A stretch of DNA of 64,000 bases, taken from the IMG/VR virus record IMGVR_UViG_3300037485_001485, positions 8,989 to 72,988 of that record. One strand, written 5' to 3'. This DNA is from a virus. Made by a program: the position numbers and the translations under genes. The notes below the pieces were generated by a model, which made no database searches, had not been told where the DNA came from, and was given only the letters and a program-made list of their open reading frames with translations. Shown in pieces: positions 26,282 to 38,403 of the stretch; the first letter of the stretch is position 1; each line of letters begins with the position of its first letter.

Positions 26282-26367
26282 GAGGGCTCCCAGGAAAGAA
26301 AAAGGGTGTCGGGGGAAGGCTATGCGGAGCACCCGCCTTCGGCACGGAAGGAAGGCCACGCGGAGGG

Positions 26368-27171
26368 CTATCGGCGGCGACGCGCCAGGACGAGGTTGAC
26401 CAGCGGCCGAGAGAGGAGGCCGGTGATGAACCCGACGATCATGCCGACGGCGATGCGCCGGGGCGTGAGGCTCTTCCGCACGTCCGACGCGATGCCGCGC
26501 ACGGTGAAGGCTTCACGCTCGGCGATGGCTTCGGGGGCCTGCTCCACGCCCGCAAAGCCGTCGGGGCCTGCAAGCTCCGGCAGCGGAACGCTTCCGCCCT
26601 TGCTCGCGCTCACCACGTCCCAGCCGAGATCGACGGTGCGAAGCGTCGGCTCGGCGAAGTGCCACTTCGTCGGCCCGAACGGCTTGTTCCCGATGGTCAG
26701 GTAGATATGTGCCCAGCGTGCCGGGGTGTAGGCGTCGCCCTCGACCCAGCGGACGACGCGATCCCCACGGCGCCCGCTGATGACGAACTTCCACGGCAGA
26801 CGGATGCTCTCGCACAGGGCGGCGAGAAGCAGGGCCATGTCGTCGCAATCGCCGTAGCCCACGCGCAGGGTGTACGCCGGGTCTTGTAGGCGTTCGCCGG
26901 GCTCATTCGCGTAGTAGATGCGGTGCTGGACGAACTTCAGCAGGGCGCGGGCTTGATTGTGATAGTCGCGGGGCTTCACGCCGTTGTCGCGGAGGATGCC
27001 GATGGCGACCGTCGCGACGCGCGGATCACGACCGCCCTCCAACGCGATGCGCCGGAGGATGGCGATGCGCTTCGGGTCGCTCGTCTCCCCCCACGCGGGG
27101 AGGTGGTAGGTCTTCGCACTGTCGAGGTCTACGCGACGCGCTTTGACCCCGCCGACGTTCAGCGTTTCCAT
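26368..27171 (-). CDS. transglutaminase-like cysteine protease with C-terminal membrane anchor (candidate maturation protease)
   Basis: ERLQDPAYTL...GDCDDMALLLAALCESI (catalytic Cys), WAHIY (His), FAEPT (acidic residue); C-terminal TM IAVGMIVGFITGLL. Confidence 0.85.
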   Translation of the reverse strand: METLNVGGVKARRVDLDSAKTYHLPAWGETSDPKRIAILRRIALEGGRDPRVATVAIGILRDNGVKPRDYHNQARALLKFVQHRIYYANEPGERLQDPAYTLRVGYGDCDDMALLLAALCESIRLPWKFVISGRRGDRVVRWVEGDAYTPARWAHIYLTIGNKPFGPTKWHFAEPTLRTVDLGWDVVSASKGGSVPLPELAGPDGFAGVEQAPEAIAEREAFTVRGIASDVRKSLTPRRIAVGMIVGFITGLLSRPLVNLVLARRRR

Positions 27172-27173
27172 GT

Positions 27174-27847
27174 TCAGGCTCCGATCTGCTTGCGGCGAGC
27201 CAGGAACGCGCCGCCTACGAGGAGGAGAAGGGCACCGCCCCCAACGGCCCACGCCCACGCCGGGATGCGCGGCTTCGGCTTCGGCTTCGGCTTCTTCTTC
27301 GGCTTCTTCTTCGGCTTCTTCGTAGCGGCATCCACAAGGGCCTTCGCGGCGGCGTCTTTCTCGGCGTAGATATTGATTAGTTCGCTGCCGCTTTGCACGT
27401 CATACTTCGGGGCAACGACGCCCGGCGCGGCGGCGAGAAGAGCGGCGTCCCCGGCGGCCAGGATCTCCCGCGCGCGAAGCTCGGCCGCCGCGTAGGTGCC
27501 GCGACTGTCCACGACGGCGGCATCGAGTTCCTGCTTCCGGGCTTCGTCCGACACGTCCCGCATCGACGGCGACGACGTCCAGTTGACGTACCCGCCGGGA
27601 TCGCCCGCGATGATCTTCGTCCGCGATGGCCCGTCGAAGGCGATGAGGTAAGCGTAGAGACTGACCGCCCCGCCCTTGAAGAACACCGTGCCGTCGCTGG
27701 TGATCTTGAAGTAGCGCCCCGTGTCCGCTGCCCCGTAGAACCCGCCGTAATCGCCGGTCGCGCGGCTCGGCTGGAACGCGACACGGTGACCCAGCATCCG
27801 GCCCCCCGACAAGGTCGCCCACGAATCGACGTAGTCGGAGCGCCCGT

Positions 27848-27851
<4 letters not shown>
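27174..27851 (-). CDS. tail-anchored membrane protein
   Basis: FQPSRATGDYGGFYG; KKPKKKPKKKPKPKP patch; TM IPAWAWAVGGGALLLLVGG. Confidence 0.7.
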
Positions 27852-28360
<509 letters not shown>

Positions 28361-28418
28361 GGGCGTCTACCTACCACGCCCGCCCCCACCATCTACTGCC
28401 CCGATGGCCCTCGGCTAA

Positions 28419-28898
28419 CTACGCGACCTTCTCCGCGTCGGTCCCTTCGGGCGCGGCTGCGCTGTCGGCTTCGGCTTCCTCGGCTTCGGCTTCCTCGGCT
28501 TCGGCGCCGTCGCCCAGCCCCAGCAACGCCTTCAACTGGTCGAGGCCCGCCGTACCCTCCTCCCCGGAGGCGATGTGCGCGATCTCGGTTTCGATGAGGT
28601 AGGGCGCGGTCGCTGCCTTCAGCGCGGCCAACTGCGCGGCGACTTGCACGCGCACGCCTACGACGGCGGCCTTGCGCTGGGCCTTCGGAAGCCCCTGGAC
28701 GACCTGGGCGATCATTGCCTCTTCGACGGCGACGATCTCCTGCCACGCGGGGTTCGCCGCACGGGTCTGAAGGGTGACGCGGGTCCAGCCCACCGGAAGG
28801 TCGGCCAGATCGTCGTCCTCCAGCGGGTGATCAGCGGGAAGGTCGGCGTCGTCGGGAAGCGCGCCCGTGAGGGCACAGAACACGTCGGTGGAAGTCAT
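28419..28898 (-). CDS. acidic hypothetical protein
   Basis: 159 aa, good codon bias, EAEEAE tail. Confidence 0.7.
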   Translation of the reverse strand: MTSTDVFCALTGALPDDADLPADHPLEDDDLADLPVGWTRVTLQTRAANPAWQEIVAVEEAMIAQVVQGLPKAQRKAAVVGVRVQVAAQLAALKAATAPYLIETEIAHIASGEEGTAGLDQLKALLGLGDGAEAEEAEAEEAEADSAAAPEGTDAEKVA

Positions 28899-28901
28899 CG
28901 G

Positions 28902-29573
28902 TCAGTCCTCGGTGGGATGGATAGCGGGAAGGGTGCGGTACTTGTGGGCGTACTCCAACTGCTCCGCGATCTCGGGGGCATGGAAGGACGCGACCTGGGC
29001 GATGTTCTCGGCGACGAGCCGGGATTCCCGCACCTGTTGAGCATTGAGCGTCCACGTCGCGGCTTCGGGGTCACCCCCGTCGAGGAGGTAGATCGCCTCG
29101 CGGGTCGCGTGCGTCAGTCCGTCGCGCTGCGAGAGGTAGACGGACACGAACGGGTTGAGCGCGACGCTCAGGTTCGCGACGCGATCCGGCTGCGGAGCGT
29201 CCGCGATCCCGAAGTTCTTGCGCCACACTTCGACCAGGGCGATCCACTGGTCCTTGCCGTGAAGCGCCTTGACGCGCTTCTCTTCGGCGATGCGCGTGTC
29301 GGGCGTCTCTACCGGCGTGACGACGCGGAACGGTGTCACGCTGGCGGTCGGCGCGGCTTCCGCGCCGCCCTCTTCCGCGTCGTCGCCGTCTTCCTCGTCA
29401 TCGGCTTCCACGCCGTCAAGGTGCTCGCGCACGGCGTCGGTCACCATCTCCCGCACACGGTGGCGCGAGACTGTGCCCTTCTTGGGCTTTACGAGCTTCG
29501 CAAGGGACTTCGTGAGGGACTTCACGGTGTCGAGGAGGGCGATGAACTCGCCTTCGGTCAGTTCGTATTTCAT
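28902..29573 (-). CDS. hypothetical protein
   Basis: 223 aa ORF in operon, good codon bias. Confidence 0.7.
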   Translation of the reverse strand: MKYELTEGEFIALLDTVKSLTKSLAKLVKPKKGTVSRHRVREMVTDAVREHLDGVEADDEEDGDDAEEGGAEAAPTASVTPFRVVTPVETPDTRIAEEKRVKALHGKDQWIALVEVWRKNFGIADAPQPDRVANLSVALNPFVSVYLSQRDGLTHATREAIYLLDGGDPEAATWTLNAQQVRESRLVAENIAQVASFHAPEIAEQLEYAHKYRTLPAIHPTED

Positions 29574-29580
29574 GGGAAGC

Positions 29581-31608
<2,028 letters not shown>

Positions 31609-31703
31609 GTGTGTCCGTGGGCCTCTTGCGCCGACCTAATAAGCGCGCGTTAGACATCCAGCAATAGGGGTACGATGCGTTTGCCCCTGCTCCGGAGATC
31701 CCG

Positions 31704-32153
31704 ATGTCCTTGCTGAAGCGAACCATCCCCATCCCCACGTTCCGTCGCCCGGACGCGAAGCCCCCCACTGTACCCGTACCCGCTTTCCGCGCGCCGTTCG
31801 CGCGGCCCGAACTTGTGGCGCCGGAGGCGCCTGTGCTGCCGCCCCCGGCACCCCCGACGCCCGCCGACCCGCTCCCCTCGCACATCGCGAAGAAGGCGGT
31901 CCCGAAGGTCCGGACGGGCGTGAAGCCGCTCCCCGACCCTCGCAAGGGGGGACGCCCCCGGCACAACGTGGGGACGACGCGCGACGTGAAGGCGACGATC
32001 AGCTTGTCGCAGGACGAGGCCGATGTCATGTCGGCGGCGGCGGCGAGGGAGGGGCTGGCCTTCAGCGCGTGGGTGCGCCGCATCATCTTCGACGTGGCGC
32101 GCGTCGTCCAGCGGCCTCACGCGGAGCGGGGCGGTCTGGAGGGCAGCGTCTAA
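31704..32153 (+). CDS. Pro-rich protein with C-terminal ribbon-helix-helix domain
   Basis: GGRPR, then ATISLSQDEADVMSAAAAREGLAFSAWVRRII (RHH pattern). Confidence 0.65.
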   Translation: MSLLKRTIPIPTFRRPDAKPPTVPVPAFRAPFARPELVAPEAPVLPPPAPPTPADPLPSHIAKKAVPKVRTGVKPLPDPRKGGRPRHNVGTTRDVKATISLSQDEADVMSAAAAREGLAFSAWVRRIIFDVARVVQRPHAERGGLEGSV

Positions 32154-32250
32154 AACGAGAGCGGGGCCGGATCCGTCAGGATCCGACCCCGCAGGGCGCA
32201 AGGAGGCAACAGCGCACAGGCAGCATAGCCGCTATGCCGCTATGCCGCCA

Positions 32251-32364
32251 CTACAGGGCCATGAGCATCGCCACGACGGCATAGAGCATCAGCCACCCGA
32301 AGCAGAGGCCCACAACGTGCGCGGGGCCATATTTCGGCAGATCGATGGGATTCGGGCGGGACAT
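32251..32364 (-). CDS. 37-aa membrane peptide (MSRPNPIDLPKY...)
   Basis: GAGG RBS, promoter box at 32429-32442, one TM helix. Confidence 0.45.
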   Translation of the reverse strand: MSRPNPIDLPKYGPAHVVGLCFGWLMLYAVVAMLMAL

Positions 32365-32526
32365 GGGAACCTCGGGGAAGTCGAGCCGGGGCGAGATTGC
32401 CGCCGACGCCCCTCCTCTATGTCCACCTCTGCCAGCCGTCAAGCCGACGGCTATGAAGATAGTTTCGTCTCGTTCCTTGCCATCCGACAACGGCGTGCTA
32501 TTAGGATTGGGCAACGGAGAACAAAG

Positions 32527-33021
32527 ATGGCGACCAAGCAGATCGGCAGCAAGCAATGGCAAAAGACGAACAGCACGACCTCGGCGGCGTTCAGCCCCTA
32601 CAAGCCCTTCAAGGAGCAGATCACGTCTGCCGTCAAGTCCGACGGTCGCGCCATGGTCACTACCTCCTGGCTCGCGCTCCGGAGCATCGTGCGCGCCACG
32701 GTGGGGGAAGACGCCCCGAAGTGGTCGGGAATGGACGATTCGGCGCTGGAAAAGAGGATCGGCATGAAGAACCTCGCGTGGGCGCATGTCGCCGATGCGT
32801 GGGGCGCGAACCTCGGCGGCGTGGCCTTTATGATCGACGCGAGCGATCCTCACTACGTCGCCGTTCGCGCTGCCGCCCTTGCTTTCAGGGCGGCGGTCAC
32901 CGGCAAAATGCCCGGCGCGCTTCACTCCACGGTCCAGGCTCCGACCCTTTGTGCGAAGGCGCACCTCACGGAGTCGATCATCAAGTCTGCGCTGGTGCTC
33001 GCGCTCAGCGGGGGGAACTAA
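32527..33021 (+). CDS. hypothetical early protein (MATKQIGSK...)
   Basis: GGAG RBS; promoter box at 32477-32490. Confidence 0.7.
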   Translation: MATKQIGSKQWQKTNSTTSAAFSPYKPFKEQITSAVKSDGRAMVTTSWLALRSIVRATVGEDAPKWSGMDDSALEKRIGMKNLAWAHVADAWGANLGGVAFMIDASDPHYVAVRAAALAFRAAVTGKMPGALHSTVQAPTLCAKAHLTESIIKSALVLALSGGN

Positions 33022-33022
33022 A

Positions 33023-33313
33023 ATGGGAACGACCTATGCCAAGCTCAACACCGGGGATTGGGGCGTCCGCGTCGAAGGGCCGAAGCCCGCCGAAGGCGCC
33101 GCGCTCACCGTCACGAAGAAGGACGGAACGCAGAAGAAGGAAGTGATCGAGCGGGTGCTGTGGTCGGGGCAGGGGGTCTACCTCTGCGCCATCGCGCCGA
33201 AGGGGGCGCCCCCGGCGCCCCTGGCTCCGAGCGGCGGGGCACGGCGGCGCCCCTGGAGCCCGTGCGGCTATCCCGGCTGCAACCCCCGGCACTGTGACGA
33301 GTGTGACGGGTGA
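33023..33313 (+). CDS. SH3-like beta protein with C-terminal Cys4 Zn ribbon
   Basis: GDWGVRV...VTKKDG; CGYPGC...CDEC. Confidence 0.65.
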   Translation: MGTTYAKLNTGDWGVRVEGPKPAEGAALTVTKKDGTQKKEVIERVLWSGQGVYLCAIAPKGAPPAPLAPSGGARRRPWSPCGYPGCNPRHCDECDG

Positions 33314-33648
33314 CCGGCGAGGCGTTCAGCGAGAAGATCAGCAAGGCGTGGGTCGCGGCGTTCGGGCGCCGGCCCGACGCGGTCTTCGTTTACGGCGAGG
33401 AGATCCGAGTCGAGGGGCTTGCGATCTACCCCCTCGACGGCGAGCGGTGGGGCGTCGGGATGGTCGTGTCGATCCCGCCCGAAGCCCCCGGCGAGCCCGC
33501 CGAAGACACCGTCATCCCCCAAGCGGAGCTAAACACGCGCGAGGAGGCGTTCTTCCACCTCCTGACGGTCGCGAGCGTCGCCGACGAAGCGCGGCGCCAA
33601 CTGGAAGGGCGTCGCTCCCGCTGGGATGAGCTACTGCGCCCGTTTTAG
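33310..33648 (+). CDS. hypothetical protein
   Basis: GTGA overlap; 112 aa. Confidence 0.6.
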   Translation: MTGEAFSEKISKAWVAAFGRRPDAVFVYGEEIRVEGLAIYPLDGERWGVGMVVSIPPEAPGEPAEDTVIPQAELNTREEAFFHLLTVASVADEARRQLEGRRSRWDELLRPF

Positions 33649-33741
33649 CCCGCTCCCCCGAAGTCCGATAGCCCCCGGTGCGGTCACCTGACCCGCCGGG
33701 GGTTTCGCGTTGCGATAACGGGGACGCTGGAGATCCCGCGC

Positions 33742-33969
33742 ATGGCCGTCCGCATCCCCATCGTCGCCATCATCGCCGCCATCCCCCGAGCCGTGCGCGC
33801 CGCCAAGCTCGTCGCCGCCGACGACAAGGCCCCCGCGAGCCCCGGCGGAACCAAGGTCACGGCCGCCGAGGTAGCCGAAGCCGTGGCCGTGTTCGTTGCG
33901 GCTCTGACCGAAGAGGTACTGCCCGCCATCCTCGCGTCCAACGGCTGCACGGCGAAGGTCACGGTATGA
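33742..33969 (+). CDS. small hydrophobic protein
   Basis: 75 aa; GGAG RBS; ATGA overlap downstream. Confidence 0.6.
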   Translation: MAVRIPIVAIIAAIPRAVRAAKLVAADDKAPASPGGTKVTAAEVAEAVAVFVAALTEEVLPAILASNGCTAKVTV

Positions 33970-34403
33970 ACCAGCGTCGCGCCACCCCCGACGCCCTCAC
34001 CGCCATGCTCCTCCAGCTTTGGGCCGCGCTGCGCTCCGCGCACCGTGTCTATTGGACGCTGCACTGGCAGGCGCCGAACTACGGGGACCACCTCCTCTAC
34101 CAGCGGCTCTACGAGGCGCGGGTGAAAGAGATCGACCGCGTGGCCGAAGCCATCGCCGGGCTCTACGGCCGCGAAGCCCTTGGGGCCGTCGCGGGCATCG
34201 AGAAGGAAGCCCAGGTGCTCCGCGCTACGATGGCCTCTCCGGAGCCCTCTGTGCGCGCTGCGGAGTTCATCCACGAAGCGACGCGCGCCGCGAACGCCGC
34301 CATCGGCTCGCATCCCTACGGCATCGCCGTCAACAACATCGTCGCCGGGATCGCGGATAACGCCCTGGAGACGGTCTACCTCCTCCAACAGCGCACCCGG
34401 TAG
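33966..34403 (+). CDS. ferritin/Dps-like four-helix protein
   Basis: HRVYWTLHWQ...YGDHLLYQRLYE...IDRVAE matches Dps-type ferroxidase helices. Confidence 0.75.
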   Translation: MNQRRATPDALTAMLLQLWAALRSAHRVYWTLHWQAPNYGDHLLYQRLYEARVKEIDRVAEAIAGLYGREALGAVAGIEKEAQVLRATMASPEPSVRAAEFIHEATRAANAAIGSHPYGIAVNNIVAGIADNALETVYLLQQRTR

Positions 34404-34406
34404 GCC

Positions 34407-35264
34407 GTGAGTCGCAGCCCCGCCGCTCGCGTCAACGCCCTGCTTCCGAAGTCGGAGCAGCGTCGGCTACTCGCCGCGATGGAGAACACACCATCGGGCT
34501 CAGCCTACGGCCCGACGTGGGACGGGGAGCGCCGTACCACGTTCCGGGGCATCTCCTTCACGCCTCCGGCCATCGTGCGGCAGCGCGCCGCCGAGGGTCT
34601 GGAGCTTGTCGCCGCCGGGCACCGGGGCGGCACCGACATCGGCTACGGTCGCGCCGTCCAGTTGGCGACGAAGGCCACCGTCTACCCGCGCGACGTGCTG
34701 CGGATGCGGGACTACTTCAGCCGCCACGCCGTTGACCTCCGTTCCGCGTCGGCCCGCCGGGGCGACATCACCCCCGGCGTCGTCGCGTGGCTCCTCTGGG
34801 GCGGAAACGAAGGCAGGACGTGGGCGAACCGTACCGCTGCCGCGATGGCCGACGCGCACCGCCGCACGAACCCGGCCTCGACACGCCGCACCCACCCGGC
34901 GCTCTGGGCCGCCGTCGTTCGCGAGGTCACCGCTGGCGCCAAGGGCGGCAAGCCCGGCCAGTGGTCGGCCCGCAAGGCACAGATCGCCGTCACGCTCTAC
35001 ACGGCGGCGGGCGGCGGCTACGTCGGCCCGAAGTCCCCGTCGAACTCGCTGGCCCGCTGGACCGCCGAGCGGTGGCGCACGAAGTCCGGAGCGCCGTCGT
35101 TGGCTACCGGCGAACGCTACCTCCCCGCTGCCGCTATCGCCGCGCTCTCTGACGCGGAGTACGAAGCAACGACTCGCGCGAAGCGCGCGGGCCTCGCCCG
35201 TGGCGAACAGTTCACCCCGCAACCCCCATCCATCGCGGCGAAGACCCGCCGCTTCCGGAGATGA
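34407..35264 (+). CDS. two-domain phage protein: head-associated-type domain + DUF5872-like domain joined by RRTNP
   Basis: GGTDIGYGRA...RMRDYFSRH...VAWLLWGG; then GGKPGQWSARKAQ...GGGY...SLARWT.E.W...ERYLP. Confidence 0.7.
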   Translation: MSRSPAARVNALLPKSEQRRLLAAMENTPSGSAYGPTWDGERRTTFRGISFTPPAIVRQRAAEGLELVAAGHRGGTDIGYGRAVQLATKATVYPRDVLRMRDYFSRHAVDLRSASARRGDITPGVVAWLLWGGNEGRTWANRTAAAMADAHRRTNPASTRRTHPALWAAVVREVTAGAKGGKPGQWSARKAQIAVTLYTAAGGGYVGPKSPSNSLARWTAERWRTKSGAPSLATGERYLPAAAIAALSDAEYEATTRAKRAGLARGEQFTPQPPSIAAKTRRFRR

Positions 35265-35455
35265 GCATGAACAAGAACCTCGCCGCTGAACTCGCCCTCG
35301 TCACTGCCGTCGGCTTCGGCCTCGCGAAGTTGACCGGGGCCGTCCCCTTGCTCAACGACCGCAAGATGCTCACCCGCACCCTGCTCTACACGCTGGGGTA
35401 CTACGTCGCGACCCGTCGCCCCGCAGGCGGCTACAAGCTGTTGGAATCGAAGTAG
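35261..35455 (+). CDS. small membrane protein
   Basis: 64 aa, two hydrophobic segments, ATGA overlap. Confidence 0.6.
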   Translation: MSMNKNLAAELALVTAVGFGLAKLTGAVPLLNDRKMLTRTLLYTLGYYVATRRPAGGYKLLESK

Positions 35456-35464
35456 GAGCCTCCC

Positions 35465-37273
35465 ATGCCCATCGTCCGTCGCCGCAACGGCATCGTCCGC
35501 GTCCCGAAGCTCTGGGTAGATGCCGCCACCGAGGCGTTCTTCGACCTCCAGGCAAAGGGCGGCGGCTCCCTGACGATCCCGCTCCCCCTGAAGGTGTTCC
35601 CCTACCCGAAGATCCGCGAAGCCCTGCTGGCGATCTACCCGGCGAAGTTCGTCCCCCTGTTCTTCAAGGTCGGGACGATCAACGCGGGCGGCAGCACCGG
35701 AACGAAGGGCAGCGGGGGCTACCCCGTCGCGATCAACATCAGCGAGACGGGCGCGTCGGCGGTCAGCACGATCTACCATGAGCTGCGGCACGTCGTGCAG
35801 TACCTTGGGGACGAGGTCGTGAAGACGAAGAGCGGCACCTTTGGCCGTCCGACCCCGGCAGCGGTGAAGTCGCTTCGCGCCCGCAAGAAGGGGATCAAGT
35901 CGGGCGCCATCAAGGCGACCCCTTTCCAGGCGTACCTCTCGGGGGCGTCGGAGTGGCAACCTTGGATCGGCTCGACGTCGGACAAGATCGTCGGGAAGAT
36001 CCTCGCCGGAGGTCTGACGAAGACCGCCGACGTGAACGCCGCGATCCGCAAGGGCATCGTGAGCAGCACTTTCTACGGGGGCACCGACCCGGCGACCCGG
36101 CGCGAACTCATGCGTCAGGTCTACACCGAAGTCGTGCGCCAGTTGAAGGGCTACACCGACGTCATCCCCGCGAAGCACCCGAAGGCCGGGCCGCTTCCGA
36201 AGGCGCCGGCTCCCAGCGCCCCATCGGCGCCGAAGCCCGGCGCCTACACCGTCAACGTGAAGGTCGAGGGCGCCGGCCCGCAGATCGCCAACGAAGCGAC
36301 CTACGCCGGCAAGGACAGCAAGGGCCGCGACAAGCTGGCCGTCCCGGCAGCGGACAAGGACGCCGCGCTCCTGGCCGCTGAGCAGTTCGTCATGCTCGCG
36401 AAGGCGGGCTCTACGCTCTACGGCGGCGTGATCTACGTCGTCCGCATCGCCCACGGGGGCAAGGAAAGCGAGGTCTACGTCGCCGGGGCGAAGGGCGCGG
36501 CGGCGTCCGCACCGCCTCCCTCTACCCCGAAGCCGAAGGCGGCTCCAAAGCAGGACAGTGGCGTCTACTATGCGGACTTGGGCCTATCGGAGAACGAAGC
36601 GAAGACGCTGAAGAAGTACCGGATGCCCTACGGGTACTCGGAGTTCAGCGTGATCTTCGCGAACGGGAAGTTCTACGTCCAGATCACCCCTGACTTGCTC
36701 CTCGGGTTATCGGGCGCGAAGGCTAAGCAGGCCGTAGGAGCCCTGGGTAGCGTCGGCTGGCACCTTGTGTCGGGCGGGGACAAAGTTGCCGCGAAAACGA
36801 TGCCGGAACTCCCGATGTTCTCCCTCGCGAAGCCGAAAGCCGCAGCCGCCCCGAAGGCCCCGAAGGCCCCGAAGGCCCCGAAGGCTTCCGGGGATGCCGC
36901 CTCAGTCCTCGCGAAGTGGGCGTACAAGGGTGGCAAGAAGGCGGTCTACTGGAGCAACGGGCAGCAGACGGTCATGCTTCGCCCGATGCCCCGCGTCAAG
37001 GACACGGACGAGCCCGACGACTCTGGGCATCCGATCTACTACCCGCATCCCGACCTGTTCGTGCTTCACTACGCGGGCTGGACAATCGTGAAGCCCCCGT
37101 CCGTCTTCACGACGTCCCCGTTGGCCGCGTCGTCGGTGTTTGTAGACAAGGATGTATGGAAGGCCGCGAAAGCGCAGGCAAAGGCGCACGAAGCCGCGAA
37201 GAAGAAGGCAAAGGCCGCGACGAAGAGCAACCCGCGCCGTCCCCGCCGCGCCCCCCGACGCCGCACGCGCTGA
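35465..37273 (+). CDS. multidomain protein with zincin (HExxH) metallopeptidase-like domain, NG/NP tags at both ends
   Basis: TIYHELRHVVQ...YLSGASE; MPIVRRRNG start; KSNPRRPRRAPRRRTR end. Confidence 0.75.
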   Translation: MPIVRRRNGIVRVPKLWVDAATEAFFDLQAKGGGSLTIPLPLKVFPYPKIREALLAIYPAKFVPLFFKVGTINAGGSTGTKGSGGYPVAINISETGASAVSTIYHELRHVVQYLGDEVVKTKSGTFGRPTPAAVKSLRARKKGIKSGAIKATPFQAYLSGASEWQPWIGSTSDKIVGKILAGGLTKTADVNAAIRKGIVSSTFYGGTDPATRRELMRQVYTEVVRQLKGYTDVIPAKHPKAGPLPKAPAPSAPSAPKPGAYTVNVKVEGAGPQIANEATYAGKDSKGRDKLAVPAADKDAALLAAEQFVMLAKAGSTLYGGVIYVVRIAHGGKESEVYVAGAKGAAASAPPPSTPKPKAAPKQDSGVYYADLGLSENEAKTLKKYRMPYGYSEFSVIFANGKFYVQITPDLLLGLSGAKAKQAVGALGSVGWHLVSGGDKVAAKTMPELPMFSLAKPKAAAAPKAPKAPKAPKASGDAASVLAKWAYKGGKKAVYWSNGQQTVMLRPMPRVKDTDEPDDSGHPIYYPHPDLFVLHYAGWTIVKPPSVFTTSPLAASSVFVDKDVWKAAKAQAKAHEAAKKKAKAATKSNPRRPRRAPRRRTR

Positions 37274-37280
37274 AAGCAGA

Positions 37281-37313
37281 AAGCCCCCGCCGCCTATCGG
37301 CGGCTGGGGGCTT
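37281..37313. terminator. hairpin between convergent genes
   Basis: AAGCCCCC-GCCG...CGGC-GGGGGCTT stem. Confidence 0.65.
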
Positions 37314-37331
37314 GGTTGACCCGGAGAGGGG

Positions 37332-37808
37332 CTAACGAGGGCGGTGACGGGGACGATGGCGCCGGGGCTTGCGCGTCGCCGGCAGCGCGGGGAACAGGTC
37401 CAGCGGCTCCCCATAGGGCGGCCCGAAGACGTAGTCGGGCGGCGGCCCGTCGTTGCGCCGCCAGCCCCCGAACCGCTGGGGCGGGGAGATCCGAAGCATC
37501 GCCCCCCACACGCTCATGCAAGCGTCATGGTAGTCGCGGCCGTGCTGGCGCGTCGTTTGGTCCTTGAAGTTCCCGAAGTCGATGCTCGCCGTGTAGTCGG
37601 CCATGAAGGCGCCGAAGTCGGTGGCATTGACATAGGCACGGAAAGGGTAGTCCGTCCCGCCCCCGGAGAGGGTCGGCCCCAACGTCGGGCAGCGTGCGCG
37701 GACGTTGTCGAGGGAGAGGGCGTCGCGAGCGCGAACGCACAGGACACCGGGCTCGTCCCCCGGCTTGTGGACGACGGAAACGAAACCGAAGGGAAAGAAA
37801 AGCCACAT
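37332..37808 (-). CDS. conserved-type phage hypothetical protein (MWLFFPFGFVSVV...)
   Basis: MW.F...GF.SVV...VRAR...DYPFRA...IDFGNFK pattern recalled from phage proteins. Confidence 0.65.
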   Translation of the reverse strand: MWLFFPFGFVSVVHKPGDEPGVLCVRARDALSLDNVRARCPTLGPTLSGGGTDYPFRAYVNATDFGAFMADYTASIDFGNFKDQTTRQHGRDYHDACMSVWGAMLRISPPQRFGGWRRNDGPPPDYVFGPPYGEPLDLFPALPATRKPRRHRPRHRPR

Positions 37809-37809
37809 G

Positions 37810-38355
37810 CTAAGCCTCGTAGTTCGTGGGGACGGGGTTGGGTCCGTGGAGCGGACAATCCGCGTTGTCGCACTCTTCTTCTTCTTCCTTCGCGTGCTGA
37901 GCTTCGGCGTCGGCCTCCTGAAGCTCATAGAAGACGTTCCCGACGTCGATCTGAAGCGCGCGAGGCACGTCCGTCGGCGCGTCATCGAGGATGAGGCCGA
38001 CGCGAAACAGGTCACGCGCGACCAGCAGCGCCTCTCGCAAACCCACATCGTCCTCTTCCTTGTTGCGTGAGACGCCGTCCACGCCGTGCATCACGGCACG
38101 GATGAGCAGTTCCCTCTGCGCGACGACGGTGTCGAAGAGCATGGCGACAAGCTCTTCGTGCGCGGACAGGTCGCCCCCGCGCCGCTTGGCCCGATCCACG
38201 ATCTGAAGCGCCATTTGCATCCCGGCGAGCGTGGGAAGCTGAAGCATCGCAAGGTGCGGCTCGTCTTCCATTCCCGGCGTGTCATCTACCAGAATCCGGG
38301 CATCGCAGCCCTCGCAGTCGTCTACGTCGCAGAAGAAGGTCGGGTGAGTGGTCAT
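37810..38355 (-). CDS. acidic hypothetical protein with Cys pairs
   Basis: CDVDDCEGC and CDNADCPLH; promoter box at 38394-38407; alternative start at 38376. Confidence 0.65.
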   Translation of the reverse strand: MTTHPTFFCDVDDCEGCDARILVDDTPGMEDEPHLAMLQLPTLAGMQMALQIVDRAKRRGGDLSAHEELVAMLFDTVVAQRELLIRAVMHGVDGVSRNKEEDDVGLREALLVARDLFRVGLILDDAPTDVPRALQIDVGNVFYELQEADAEAQHAKEEEEECDNADCPLHGPNPVPTNYEA

Positions 38356-38403
38356 TGAGGCTCCGAGGTTGCCCATTCCTTATAGCCCCGCCCTTGCCAT
38401 GCG

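Noticed and set aside
36838-36886. KAPKAP, APAPAP and PMPMP tandem micro-repeats (also near 6230-6290, 9720-9780, 59760-59830)
   Set aside because: Ordinary low-complexity inter-domain linkers
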